A stretch of 64,000 nt of DNA, taken from the NCBI GenBank assembly GCA_035633215.1, contig DASQFI010000045.1, forward strand, positions 153,068-217,067. Direction: 5' to 3'. Positions 28,579 through 37,424 of the stretch are shown in pieces. The notes under the pieces were generated by a model, which searched no databases, was not told where the DNA came from, and saw only the letters and a program-made list of their open reading frames with translations. The position numbers and the translations under genes were made by a program. Within the stretch, counting starts at the first letter, position 1. Every line of letters starts with the position of its first letter. The stretch is from Vicinamibacterales bacterium. Its GTDB lineage: Bacteria; Acidobacteriota; Vicinamibacteria; Vicinamibacterales; SCN-69-37.

Positions 28579-28980
28579 ATGCGTTTCATGATGATCGTGA
28601 AAGCGAGCAAGGAATCCGAGGCCGGCATCCTGCCGACCGAGCAGGAGCTCGCTCAGATGGCGAAGTACAACGAAGAGCTGGTGAAAGCCGGCGTCCTGCT
28701 CGCGGGCGAGGGATTGCAGGCGAGCTCGAAGGGCGCACGCGTGCAGTACGCAGGACCCAAGCGCACAGTCATCGACGGACCCTTCATGGAAGCCAAGGAG
28801 CTCATCGCCGGCTTCTGGCTGATTCAAGCGAAGTCGAAGGACGAAGCGCTCGAATGGGCGCGCCGCGTGCCCTTCGACAAGGGCGAGGTCGAAGTGCGGC
28901 AACTCTTCGAGCTCGAAGACTTCGGTTCGGGTGAGGCGATCGACCGGCACGCGAAGATTCGGGACCAGATCACCCGGTAG
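28579..28980 (+). CDS. YciI/DGPF family protein
   Basis: MRFMMIVKA, DGPFMEAKELIAGFW, EVEVRQLFE; SD AAGGAG. Confidence 0.9.
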   Translation: MRFMMIVKASKESEAGILPTEQELAQMAKYNEELVKAGVLLAGEGLQASSKGARVQYAGPKRTVIDGPFMEAKELIAGFWLIQAKSKDEALEWARRVPFDKGEVEVRQLFELEDFGSGEAIDRHAKIRDQITR

Positions 28981-29039
28981 TTCCGGTCGCCGCGTGGGCG
29001 GCTTGTCTGATATGGCCGGAGGTGGTCTGATCGCTCTTC

Positions 29040-30329
29040 GTGACCACCGACGAGACCGGGCGTGCCATTGACGCAGTCTGGAGAATCGAATCGCCCAGGC
29101 TGATTGCCGGCCTGACGCACATCGTGCGCGACGTCGGGCTGGCCGAGGATCTCGCGCACGACGCCCTGGTCGCCGCGCTCGAACAGTGGCCCGCGTCGGG
29201 GGTGCCGCGCAATCCGGGCGCGTGGCTCATGGCAACGGCCAAGCATCGCGCCATCGATCACTTCCGCCGGGGCAAGCTTCTCGAGCGCAAGCACGAAGAG
29301 ATCGGATACGCGCTCGAGGCCGAGCAACAACGCGACGCTGCCCAGCTCGACGACGCGATCGACGATCCGGTCGGCGACGATCTCCTGCGCCTGGTCTTCA
29401 TCGCCTGCCACCCGGTGCTGTCGACCGAGGCGCGGGTGGCGCTGACGCTGCGGCTGCTCGGGGGTCTCACGACCGACGAAATCGCGCGCGCGTTTCTCGT
29501 CTCCGAGCCGACCATTGCCCAGCGTATCGTCCGTGCCAAGCGGACATTGGCCGACAAGGGTGCGCAGTTCGAAGTGCCACGCGGCGCCGAGCTTGCCGCT
29601 CGCCTGTCGTCGGTGCTCGAGGTCATTTATCTCGTCTTCAACGAGGGCTACGCGGCGACCGCTGGCGACGACTGGATGCGCCCCGCGCTCTGCGAGGAGG
29701 CGCTCCGTCAGGGCCGGATCCTGGCCGAGCTGATGCCGGCGGAGGCCGAGGTCCACGGCCTGGTTGCGCTGATGGAAATCCAGGCGTCGCGCGCGCGGGC
29801 GCGGCTCGGACCTTCGGGCGAGCCCATTCTGCTCTTCGATCAGAATCGCGCGCTGTGGGATCGCTTGTTGATTCGACGCGGACTCGACGCGCTGGCGCGT
29901 GCGGATCAGCTCGGCGGCACACCCAGGCCCTATGCGCTGCAGGCATCGATCGCCGCGTGCCACGCCCGGGCGCGCACGCCCGACGAGACGGACTGGGCGA
30001 GGATCGTGTCGCTCTACGAGGTACTGCTGACCCTGGCGCCGTCGCCCGTGGTCGAGTTGAACCGTGCGGTGGCGGTCGCGATGGCCTCGGGGCCCGAGGC
30101 GGGATTGACGATCGTCGATCGGCTCAGGTCCGAGTCGGCGCTCGACGGCTACCACCTGTTGCCGAGCGTGCGCGGCGATCTCCTCGTCCGTCTCGGCCGT
30201 TTTGCCGACGCGCAGCCTGAATTCGAGCGCGCCGCCTCACTCACGCGCAACGCCCGCGAGCGGCAGTTGCTGCTCGATCGCGCCGCCGTGTGCGTGCGCG
30301 AATCCGCGGAGACGTCGCGCCGCGGGTAA
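29040..30329 (+). CDS. ECF sigma factor with C-terminal TPR extension (ECF42 group)
   Basis: Sigma2 (LAEDLAHDALVAALEQWP...PGAWLMATAK), sigma4 (LRLVFIACHP...LTTDEIARAFLV), about 200-aa C-terminal extension, next to a DGPF gene. Confidence 0.9.
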   Translation: MTTDETGRAIDAVWRIESPRLIAGLTHIVRDVGLAEDLAHDALVAALEQWPASGVPRNPGAWLMATAKHRAIDHFRRGKLLERKHEEIGYALEAEQQRDAAQLDDAIDDPVGDDLLRLVFIACHPVLSTEARVALTLRLLGGLTTDEIARAFLVSEPTIAQRIVRAKRTLADKGAQFEVPRGAELAARLSSVLEVIYLVFNEGYAATAGDDWMRPALCEEALRQGRILAELMPAEAEVHGLVALMEIQASRARARLGPSGEPILLFDQNRALWDRLLIRRGLDALARADQLGGTPRPYALQASIAACHARARTPDETDWARIVSLYEVLLTLAPSPVVELNRAVAVAMASGPEAGLTIVDRLRSESALDGYHLLPSVRGDLLVRLGRFADAQPEFERAASLTRNARERQLLLDRAAVCVRESAETSRRG

Positions 30330-30365
30330 GGTGATGGCGGGCGGCGCTTGTCGGCGAGGCGATCC

Positions 30366-30497
30366 TCAGACGAGCCGCAATGTGATCAGGATCGTCGCCA
30401 GGCTCGCGAAGTAGTTCACGACCAGCGTGACGGTCAGAACCACGACGGTCTTGAGCAGTGCCTCGACTTCACGGCCTCGGTCAGGGCCTCGCCGCAT
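30366..30497 (-). CDS. Putative 43-aa single-pass membrane peptide (below the track cutoff)
   Basis: MRRGPDRGREVEALLKTVVVLTVTLVVNYFASLATILITLRLV*; mostly G/C third positions; start overlaps the end of the upstream HTH gene. Confidence 0.45.
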   Translation of the reverse strand: MRRGPDRGREVEALLKTVVVLTVTLVVNYFASLATILITLRLV

Positions 30498-31221
30498 GGG
30501 AGTGCGCGGACGCGTGTTCGGCCGACGGATCGATCTGGGACACCTCAGTGTCGCCGGCGACTGGCGCGGCCGATCGTCGAACGAGATCGTTCAGCCAGTG
30601 CGGCATCAAGAACGCCCGTCGACGATGCCCCGAGCCGGGCTGCTCATTGTCGTGGGCATGCGAACCTCGGGCCAGCCACCACGACGCGAGGCTTCGTCCG
30701 AGACACGCGGTGCCGAGGGCGTAGTAGCCCAGGCCGACGGCACCGGTGGTGATCCACGGATTCGCGCCCGTGAGCCGAGCGATCGCTGCGGCGATCAGCA
30801 GGACCGCGCCCGTGTCACCGGCGGCCGCAAGCACTCTCAGAAGAACCGTAGCGGCGCGGCGCGACTCAGGCTCCAGGGTCAATCGCATGCCTCCCGGTGC
30901 CGGGCCAGCCAAAGATGGGTCGAAGGTCGAACCGGGTTCGCGCGAGAGTCGTGAGAGTTCCGTCAGCAGCGGCTCAGGACGAATGCCGATGGCGTCCGCG
31001 TACGCGCGAAGAAACCCGCGCCGGAAAATGCCGCGCGGCAATTTCGACACGTCGCCGTTCTCGAGCGCGACGAGCAGCGAGCGTCTGATCTTGGTCGATT
31101 CGGCAATCGCTTCCAACGTGATCCCGCGCCGCTCTCGTTCGCTCCGCAGACTCCGACCAAAGGACGAGTCTCGAGTGAGCACGATTCTGTCGACCATATG
31201 CGCCGGGTCGAGTCGATGCAA
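30481..31221 (-). CDS. XRE/RodZ-like HTH protein with RDD-like membrane segment
   Basis: FGRSLRSERERRGITLEAIAESTKI...LENGD...RGFLRAYA; hydrophobic C-terminal part. Confidence 0.7.
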   Translation of the reverse strand: MHRLDPAHMVDRIVLTRDSSFGRSLRSERERRGITLEAIAESTKIRRSLLVALENGDVSKLPRGIFRRGFLRAYADAIGIRPEPLLTELSRLSREPGSTFDPSLAGPAPGGMRLTLEPESRRAATVLLRVLAAAGDTGAVLLIAAAIARLTGANPWITTGAVGLGYYALGTACLGRSLASWWLARGSHAHDNEQPGSGHRRRAFLMPHWLNDLVRRSAAPVAGDTEVSQIDPSAEHASAHSHAARP

Positions 31222-31260
31222 GACGTATTTCGATGCGCGGACGGGTGGCCCGCCCGCGCC

Positions 31261-31545
31261 TCAGCCGGCTGAGCGCTCGAACCTGACGGTGTGGGCCAGC
31301 AGATTTGGCGTGGCGGTCCTGCTGGCTTGGGTCCACGAGCGAGCCTGCACCGATGGCGTGTTGTCTGCGTCTGCGTTCGCCCACCACCCGGGCTCTCGGC
31401 GCGCGGACTCAGGCAGCGCGAAGCCGAGCAGGTCTTCGATCTGAGCGAACGTCAGGACCACGGTCTCTGCGAACCTCTTCTCGAGGTAGTTGTACAGGGA
31501 CAGGTACTCAGCCGGTACGGGAAAGGATCGTGGCTTCGAACTCAT
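31261..31545 (-). CDS. Small conserved hypothetical protein (DUF7662-like)
   Basis: YLSLYNYL...VLTFAQIEDLLGFALPESAR...WWAN...QARSW pattern; SD GGGAG before ATG 31545. Confidence 0.65.
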   Translation of the reverse strand: MSSKPRSFPVPAEYLSLYNYLEKRFAETVVLTFAQIEDLLGFALPESARREPGWWANADADNTPSVQARSWTQASRTATPNLLAHTVRFERSAG

Positions 31546-31638
31546 GAGGCTCCCTCTACCGTACACGATTGAACCGCCGCCAGCGTGTTCATAACGGCGC
31601 AGGCGCCCCAGGCTCTTGACAGAAACCCGCCAGATCGT

Positions 31639-31664
31639 AATACTGAACCGTATGGTTCAGTATT
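31639..31664. promoter_or_regulatory. Putative ArsR operator overlapping the start codon
   Basis: Perfect AATACTGAACC-GTAT-GGTTCAGTATT palindrome; TTGACA at 31616-31621. Confidence 0.75.
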
Positions 31665-31990
31665 CGCCTCGGCTTGACGCGGCCTTCTCGGCCCTGTCCG
31701 ACCCCATCCGCCGCGGCATCCTCGAGCACCTGGGCCGCAAGGATTCGTCGGTCAGCGACCTGGCGTCGAAGTTCGACATCACCCTCACCGGCCTGAAGAA
31801 ACACGTGCAGGTCCTCGAACGGTCCGGGCTCGTGACCACGGAAAAGGTCGGGCGGGTGCGGACCTGCAGCCTGGGGCCGCGGCGGCTCGAGCACGAAGCC
31901 GACTGGATCGCCAACTACCGGCAAATGCTGGAAGCACGTTTTGACCGCCTCGGGGAGTTCCTCGAGCGCACGAAAGGATCATCGTCATGA
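31652..31990 (+). CDS. ArsR/SmtB family transcriptional regulator
   Basis: LDAAFSALSDPIRRGILEHL...KHVQVLERSGLV...KVGRVR. Confidence 0.9.
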   Translation: MVQYSPRLDAAFSALSDPIRRGILEHLGRKDSSVSDLASKFDITLTGLKKHVQVLERSGLVTTEKVGRVRTCSLGPRRLEHEADWIANYRQMLEARFDRLGEFLERTKGSSS

Positions 31991-32472
31991 GTCCCGCCGA
32001 AAAAACCACTGGCACGACCATCACCACCCCGACCGATCGCGAGATCCGCATCGAGCGCATTTTCAACGCGCCCGTCGAGCGTGTGTGGAAAGCGTTCACG
32101 AATCCCACGCTCGTCGCGCAGTGGTGGGGCCGCGGCCACAAGCTGGTCATCGAGCGCATGGATGTCGAGCGCGGCGGCCACTGGCGGTTCGTGGAGCACG
32201 GACCCGAAGGGACGAACGGATTCGAGGGTCGATATCGCGAGGTCACGCCGCCGACGCGCATCGTGCAGACGTTCGAATGGGACGGCATGCCGGGACACGT
32301 GGTCATTGAAACCGTCACGCTCGAGCCGCTGGCCGATGGCCGCTCGAAGGTCGTCAATATCTCGCTCTTCCATACACGCGAGGAACGCGACGGCATGCTG
32401 AAGTCCGGGATGGAAGAGGGCCTCAACGAGAGCTATGCGGCGCTCGATCGTCTGCTCGCGAAGCTCGCGTGA
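31987..32472 (+). CDS. SRPBCC (AHSA1/START-like) ligand-binding protein
   Basis: EIRIERIFNAPVERVWKAFT.P..V.QWWG...GG.WRF...GRYREV.PP.RIVQTFEW. Confidence 0.9.
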   Translation: MSPAEKTTGTTITTPTDREIRIERIFNAPVERVWKAFTNPTLVAQWWGRGHKLVIERMDVERGGHWRFVEHGPEGTNGFEGRYREVTPPTRIVQTFEWDGMPGHVVIETVTLEPLADGRSKVVNISLFHTREERDGMLKSGMEEGLNESYAALDRLLAKLA

Positions 32473-32553
32473 CCTACTTCCAGATGTGAAATACGTCGAG
32501 CAGTTGTACTGGGTGGTCGACGAATGAGGCCGAGCCTGTCGGCCGACCGCGCG

Positions 32554-35262
32554 TTACTCGCTGCGGAGCGCCTGGAGCGGGTCGATGTGGGCGGCCCGCC
32601 GCGCCGGGATCCAGGTCGCCAGCATCGCCACGCCAATGACGACACACGCGACGACAGCAGCCAGGCCCACGGTGCCGGCCGGTGGATCCTGGCCTCGTGA
32701 CACGGCCATCAGGCGCACGACGATCACGCTGATCGTCAGACCCAGGAACAGTCCCACCAGGCTCAGCCGCAGTCCGCGAAACAGAAACATCCACACGACC
32801 CGCCGACGGTCCGCGCCGAGCGCGGTGCGAATGCCGATCTCCCGGACGCGCTGCCCGACCGCGAAGGCGACGACGGCATACAGGCCGATCGAAGACAGAA
32901 ACAGCGCCAGGGCGCCGCTGCTCCCAATCGCGGTGATCACGTTCACGATGGAGCTTCGTTCGCTGGCCTCGATCGCGGCGAGCGTCGTGGCGCTCACGAG
33001 CGGCAGATCCGGCGCCTCGGCGTTGGCCGCGGAACGAATCGCGGGAAGGACCGGCTCGGCGGGGCCCTGCGTTCGAATCAGGAAATGGCCGGTGACGCGC
33101 ACGTTGGGGACGAAGACGCGCTGGACGTCGCCGCTCCCGTCGACCTGCCCGGCCGGCGAGTCATCCACCACGCCAACCACGACGAACATGCCAGCGTTTC
33201 GCTGGCTGCGGCCCGAGCTGATGACGCGCCGGCCGATCGGATCGGCGGGGCCCCAGAGCCGTCGCGCCAGGCCCGCGCTGATCACCACTCCGCTGTTGTC
33301 AGCTTTGTCGGCCGCATTGAAGTCGCGGCCGCGAACGACCGGGAGTCCCATGAGGGGAAAATAGCCAGTCGGCGCGGCGTGCGCCCGGATCATGACCGCC
33401 GGACCGGATTCCACCCCGGTCACCCGATCCGAAGGGTGCACCGCGAGCTCGAGGTAGTCCTCGCCATTCTCCTGCGGGACGACCGCCACCACGCCAGGCA
33501 CCGCCGCAAATCGTGTCTGCAGGCGGCGCAGGCCTTCCTCGCGGTTCTGGTCGATGGATCCGTAACGCGGATTCGTGTTGAAGCGCACGTCGAGAATCCG
33601 ATCGGCGAAGACCTGGGACGGGAGCCTGCGGAGATCGGCCCGCATTTCCAGGATCAGCGCGCCCATGCCGAGCAGCGCCGGCTGCGTAAACGCGATCTGC
33701 GCGACGACGAGTCCGGCCTGCAGCCGCGACCGAAGGGCCACGACCGCGCCGGTCGTATCCTTCAACACCTCCGAGAGCGCGAGACGCGTCGCATGCAACG
33801 CCGGCGAGAGGCCGAACACGATCCCGGTGGCCACGGCGATCCCGAACGTGAACACCAATCCGCGCCAGTCCAGCTGGATCTCCACGTCGGGAATGCTCGT
33901 GTCGAACAGCCTCAGGAGGAGCCAGATCACAAACAATCCGAGGGCGCCGGCGGCCAGCGCGAGCTGCACGCTCTCGGTCACGAGTTGTCGAATGATTCTT
34001 CGGCGGGGCGCGCCCAGCGCCAGGCGCAACGCCATTTCCCGGCGGCGCGCGACCGCGAGGCCCGCCAGCAGCGTCGTCACGTTCGTGCACGTGATCAACA
34101 GAATGAACACCGGGATCGACAGGCTCGCGACGCGACCGACTCCGTCCGGAGCCTCGCCCGACGGCGGGAAGTAATTGCTGGCGAGCAGCTCCACGACGTC
34201 CGTCGAGAGATCGTGACGCCCCAGCCCACGTGTGCTCTGTTCCGCGGCCCGTGCCGCGATCGCCTCGACCGTGGGCAATGTCTCACTGACCTGGATGCCC
34301 GGACGCAAACGCGCGACGAGACCGAAAGACGCCGCGTCGTAGCCGGTCAGTGTCGTCGCAGCAACGCGCTGCACGACTGGACGCGCGTTGAGGGGCAGCC
34401 AGACACGCACCTGCGAGCCACCCGTTCTCGCCCCGGCGAAGCGGCGCGGCGCCACTCCCACGATCGTCACCGGCACGTCGTTCACTTTCAGGGTCCGGCC
34501 CAGCACGTCAGGCGCGCGATCGAAGTACCGTTCCCACACGACGTGGCTGATCACGGCCGCCAGCGCCGTCGCGGTGTCGCCGGCCGGGACAGCCGTGGGC
34601 AGACCCGCCCCCATGATCGGACGCACACCCAGCACCTGGAAGTAGTTGGGGGTCACGTAGGTCGCCGCGCCACTGTGCAGGCTCTCCTCGGTGCGACCCA
34701 CATCCAGAACGACATCCGCCGAGCTCCACGCGGCCACGGCGGTGAACAGATTCTCCTGCGCCGCGTACTCGAGGTATTCGGGGTACGAGAATTCACGCCC
34801 GATCACATGGCCGGGCCACGTGTGCCGGTCGATGCCGCGAATGCGCACGGCCGATGAGTCGCGCGCCATGCCCGGCAGCGGACCGTTCACGAACGAGTAC
34901 ACGAGCAGAAAGAGCGCCGTGTTGAAGCCGATCCCGAGCGCCAGCACGACGATCATGGTCAGCGTCGAGAGGGGCTTGCGCCTGAAGTGACGGAAGCCAA
35001 AGCGAAGATCGGCGACGATCGATTCGATGCCGCGGGCGCCACGGGCGTCCCGCGCGTCTTCCTGAATGGCGCCCAGGGGACCGAACTCGAGCCGCGCGGC
35101 TCTCTTCGCGTCTTCCGCCCTCATACCACCGGCCAGGAGCCGTTCCGTGGCACGGGTCAGATGCGCGGTCATTTCCTGCTGCATCTCGCGCTCGAGCCGC
35201 CGCCGGAACAGCAGCGAGCGGAGCCAGAGTCGGCATCGGGTCAGCAGGGGCGTTCCAGGCAT
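32554..35262 (-). CDS. ADOP-family ABC permease (MacB/FtsX duplicated)
   Basis: N-term 'LEREMQQEM..H', RRREMALRLALGA and RVREIGIRTALGA repeats, WIPARRAAHIDPLQALRSE. Confidence 0.9.
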   Translation of the reverse strand: MPGTPLLTRCRLWLRSLLFRRRLEREMQQEMTAHLTRATERLLAGGMRAEDAKRAARLEFGPLGAIQEDARDARGARGIESIVADLRFGFRHFRRKPLSTLTMIVVLALGIGFNTALFLLVYSFVNGPLPGMARDSSAVRIRGIDRHTWPGHVIGREFSYPEYLEYAAQENLFTAVAAWSSADVVLDVGRTEESLHSGAATYVTPNYFQVLGVRPIMGAGLPTAVPAGDTATALAAVISHVVWERYFDRAPDVLGRTLKVNDVPVTIVGVAPRRFAGARTGGSQVRVWLPLNARPVVQRVAATTLTGYDAASFGLVARLRPGIQVSETLPTVEAIAARAAEQSTRGLGRHDLSTDVVELLASNYFPPSGEAPDGVGRVASLSIPVFILLITCTNVTTLLAGLAVARRREMALRLALGAPRRRIIRQLVTESVQLALAAGALGLFVIWLLLRLFDTSIPDVEIQLDWRGLVFTFGIAVATGIVFGLSPALHATRLALSEVLKDTTGAVVALRSRLQAGLVVAQIAFTQPALLGMGALILEMRADLRRLPSQVFADRILDVRFNTNPRYGSIDQNREEGLRRLQTRFAAVPGVVAVVPQENGEDYLELAVHPSDRVTGVESGPAVMIRAHAAPTGYFPLMGLPVVRGRDFNAADKADNSGVVISAGLARRLWGPADPIGRRVISSGRSQRNAGMFVVVGVVDDSPAGQVDGSGDVQRVFVPNVRVTGHFLIRTQGPAEPVLPAIRSAANAEAPDLPLVSATTLAAIEASERSSIVNVITAIGSSGALALFLSSIGLYAVVAFAVGQRVREIGIRTALGADRRRVVWMFLFRGLRLSLVGLFLGLTISVIVVRLMAVSRGQDPPAGTVGLAAVVACVVIGVAMLATWIPARRAAHIDPLQALRSE

Positions 35263-35269
35263 CGGGCCC

Positions 35270-35602
35270 TCAGGTCACGCGCAAGATGGCGCTCAGCGCG
35301 CCGGAGAAGCGTTCCCACCCTTCCCGTTGATCGGCCAGGTGCCTGCGGCCCGATCGGGTCAGGGAGTACACCTTGGCGCGTCGGCCGTTGTCGGTCTCGT
35401 CCCACGTGGCGCGGATCAGCCCGCGCTGCTCCAGCCGGTACAACGCCGGATAGAGCGAGCCGGCGTTGACGTTGAGCACGTCCCGGCTCGTGGCCTGGAT
35501 CCGCAACGTCAGGTCATAGCCGTTGGTGGGGTTTGCGTGCAGCAACTGCAGGACGATGAGGTCCAACGTTCCCTGCAGGAGCGGTGTGGTTGCTGACGGC
35601 AT
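35270..35602 (-). CDS. PadR family regulator (acidobacterial ADOP-associated)
   Basis: LLQGTLDLIVL...GSLYPALYRLEQRGLI...NGRRAKVYSLT..GR. Confidence 0.92.
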   Translation of the reverse strand: MPSATTPLLQGTLDLIVLQLLHANPTNGYDLTLRIQATSRDVLNVNAGSLYPALYRLEQRGLIRATWDETDNGRRAKVYSLTRSGRRHLADQREGWERFSGALSAILRVT

Positions 35603-35608
35603 GACTCG

Positions 35609-35662
35609 CCTAGGCATCCTAGTGGAGAGAAGGCTAGCAGGCGGTTCCCTAGACAGTCAAGT
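35609..35662. promoter_or_regulatory. Two putative PadR operators (CCTAG-N5-CTAGG-like)
   Basis: CCTAG-GCATC-CTAGT (35609-35623) and CCTAG-ACAGT-CAAGT (35648-35662). Confidence 0.6.
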
Positions 35663-35702
35663 GGTCGCGACGGGCACCGTTTCGACGAACCTGGCGCACG
35701 GA

Positions 35703-37352
35703 TCAGCGCTCCATCGTCAAGAGCGCCGCGTAGAGATCGATCGCGTACCAGAGATTCGCGATCCGCAGGTTTTCGTTGGCGCCGTGCTGGTTGTTGTCGT
35801 GGTTGGCGACGGGAACGATCACGGCCGGCTTGCCGGCGAGATCGGTGAACAGATACAACGGCAGCGTGCCGCCCATGCCCGGCGCGATGAGCAGCGACTC
35901 GGCGCCAAACCGGCGCTCGGCCGCGCGTCCAGCAGCGGCCACGACCTGCCGCGCGAAGGGATTCGCCATCGACGTTCGGGCCGCCGGCGCCGCGTCCGTC
36001 CCGCCGGTGACTTTGGCGATGCGCGGATACTTCAAACGCGTCGCCTGATCCGGATCGGTCGTGACCACGTGGAAGCCCTGACGCTCGATGTGCCGGACGA
36101 TGAGCTCACGCATCTTCGCCGGATCGTTGCCCTTGACGAGCCGGATGCCGAGCGCCGCCGTCGCGGTCGCCGGAATCACGTTGCTCGCGAGCGCGCCCGT
36201 ATTGCCGCTCGAGATGCCGCGGACGGTCAATGCCGGCAGGAGCAGGCGTTCGGCCAGCGAAGCGGGCTGCCCTTCCGTTGATGCGAGCCCCAGCTCGCGC
36301 TTGAGGGCGGCGTCGTAGTCGGGCATCGCCGCGAGCGCCGCCCGTTCCTCGGCGCCGATCGGATCCGCGGACTCGTACCACCCCGCGACGAGCACTTTGC
36401 CGCTCTCGTCTTTCATCGACGCCAGGAGGCGCGCGAGGACCTGCGGCGTGTCGGGTGCCCAGTTGCCGTAGTGACCGGAGTGCAACTCGCGCGTGGCACC
36501 GTAGACCGTGACGTCCAGTCCCATCGAGCCGCGCACCCCGAACGTGATTTGCGGCCGGCCGCTCTGGTGCACCGGGCCGTCGAAGAACAGCCAGATGTCT
36601 GGTGTTAACCGGGGGACTTCGTCCCGCCGGAGCCCCCTCGCGCCGTCGCTCGCGGGGGCCCCTCGCCCCGCTCCGCTCCGGCGGCTCACGTCGCTTCGCT
36701 CGTTCGCTCTATCGAGTTGCAACAGCCTGAGGTAGTCGCCGAGGTGCGGCGACCCCGCTTCCTCTTCGCCGTCCAGAAAGAACACGAGGTTCGACGTCGG
36801 TTGAATCTTGTGCTCGCGAAACGCGTGCAGCACGGTCAGGATCGCGGCAATCGGCGCCTTGTCGTCGCCAGCCGATCGCGCGTAGAGACGCCATTCAGGA
36901 TCGATCGCCTCGCCGTCCCTGGGCATCGGCCGCGGCTTTCCTCCCGCCTCCATCGCGGCCGTGTAGAGCGTGGGCTCGAACGGCGGATGGGCCCAGGCCT
37001 TCGGATCGACCGGCTGACCGTCGTAGTGCACGTAGATGCCGAGCGTGCGCGTCGCGCCGGGGACGGTCAACGCGCCGTAGACGATCGGCGGCGCACCATT
37101 CTCCCGCAGCAGCTCCGAACGCACGCCTGCGGCCTGCAGCTGGTCGCGGATGTACGTTGCGGCCCGCTCGATGTCGGCCGTATCCCGCGCGCGATTGGGA
37201 AACGTCAGCAGCGTCGCGAAGTCGCGCAGGATGCGCGGGCCGTTGGCCTCGCGGTAGCGCGTGACGAGGTCGGGGCCGGACTGGGCAGTGAGGACTGCGG
37301 CCAGTGCGAGCACAATCGCGCCAGCCGCGGGCAAGCCGTCACGTCTTCGCAT
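35703..37352 (-). CDS. Exported M20/M25/M40 metallopeptidase
   Basis: Signal peptide; YVHYDGQP, ARSAGDDKAP, DGEEEAGSP, NHDNNQHGANENL. ATG 37352 lies 7 nt downstream of CATAAT. Confidence 0.88.
   Translation of the reverse strand: MRRRDGLPAAGAIVLALAAVLTAQSGPDLVTRYREANGPRILRDFATLLTFPNRARDTADIERAATYIRDQLQAAGVRSELLRENGAPPIVYGALTVPGATRTLGIYVHYDGQPVDPKAWAHPPFEPTLYTAAMEAGGKPRPMPRDGEAIDPEWRLYARSAGDDKAPIAAILTVLHAFREHKIQPTSNLVFFLDGEEEAGSPHLGDYLRLLQLDRANERSDVSRRSGAGRGAPASDGARGLRRDEVPRLTPDIWLFFDGPVHQSGRPQITFGVRGSMGLDVTVYGATRELHSGHYGNWAPDTPQVLARLLASMKDESGKVLVAGWYESADPIGAEERAALAAMPDYDAALKRELGLASTEGQPASLAERLLLPALTVRGISSGNTGALASNVIPATATAALGIRLVKGNDPAKMRELIVRHIERQGFHVVTTDPDQATRLKYPRIAKVTGGTDAAPAARTSMANPFARQVVAAAGRAAERRFGAESLLIAPGMGGTLPLYLFTDLAGKPAVIVPVANHDNNQHGANENLRIANLWYAIDLYAALLTMER
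36611..36707. repeat. Palindromic REP-like element inserted in frame in the peptidase
   Basis: GGGGGACTTCGTCCCGCCGGAGCCCCCTCGCGCCGTCGCTCGCGGGGGCCCCTCGCCCCGCTCCGCTCCGGCGGCTCACGTCGCTTCGCTCGTTCGC; encodes about 32 low-complexity aa between HLGDYL and DIWLFFDG. Confidence 0.65.
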
Positions 37353-37424
37353 CGACCCGATTATGCCAGCCTTCATACGGCTCGCCGCTCGCCCAGCTGA
37401 AAGCAAGGCGGCGGCGGGTTCCGC

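Noticed and set aside
32474-32553. Minus-strand tail FVDHPVQLLDVFHIWK* between the SRPBCC and ADOP genes
   Set aside because: Looks like a gene end but is too short to assign.
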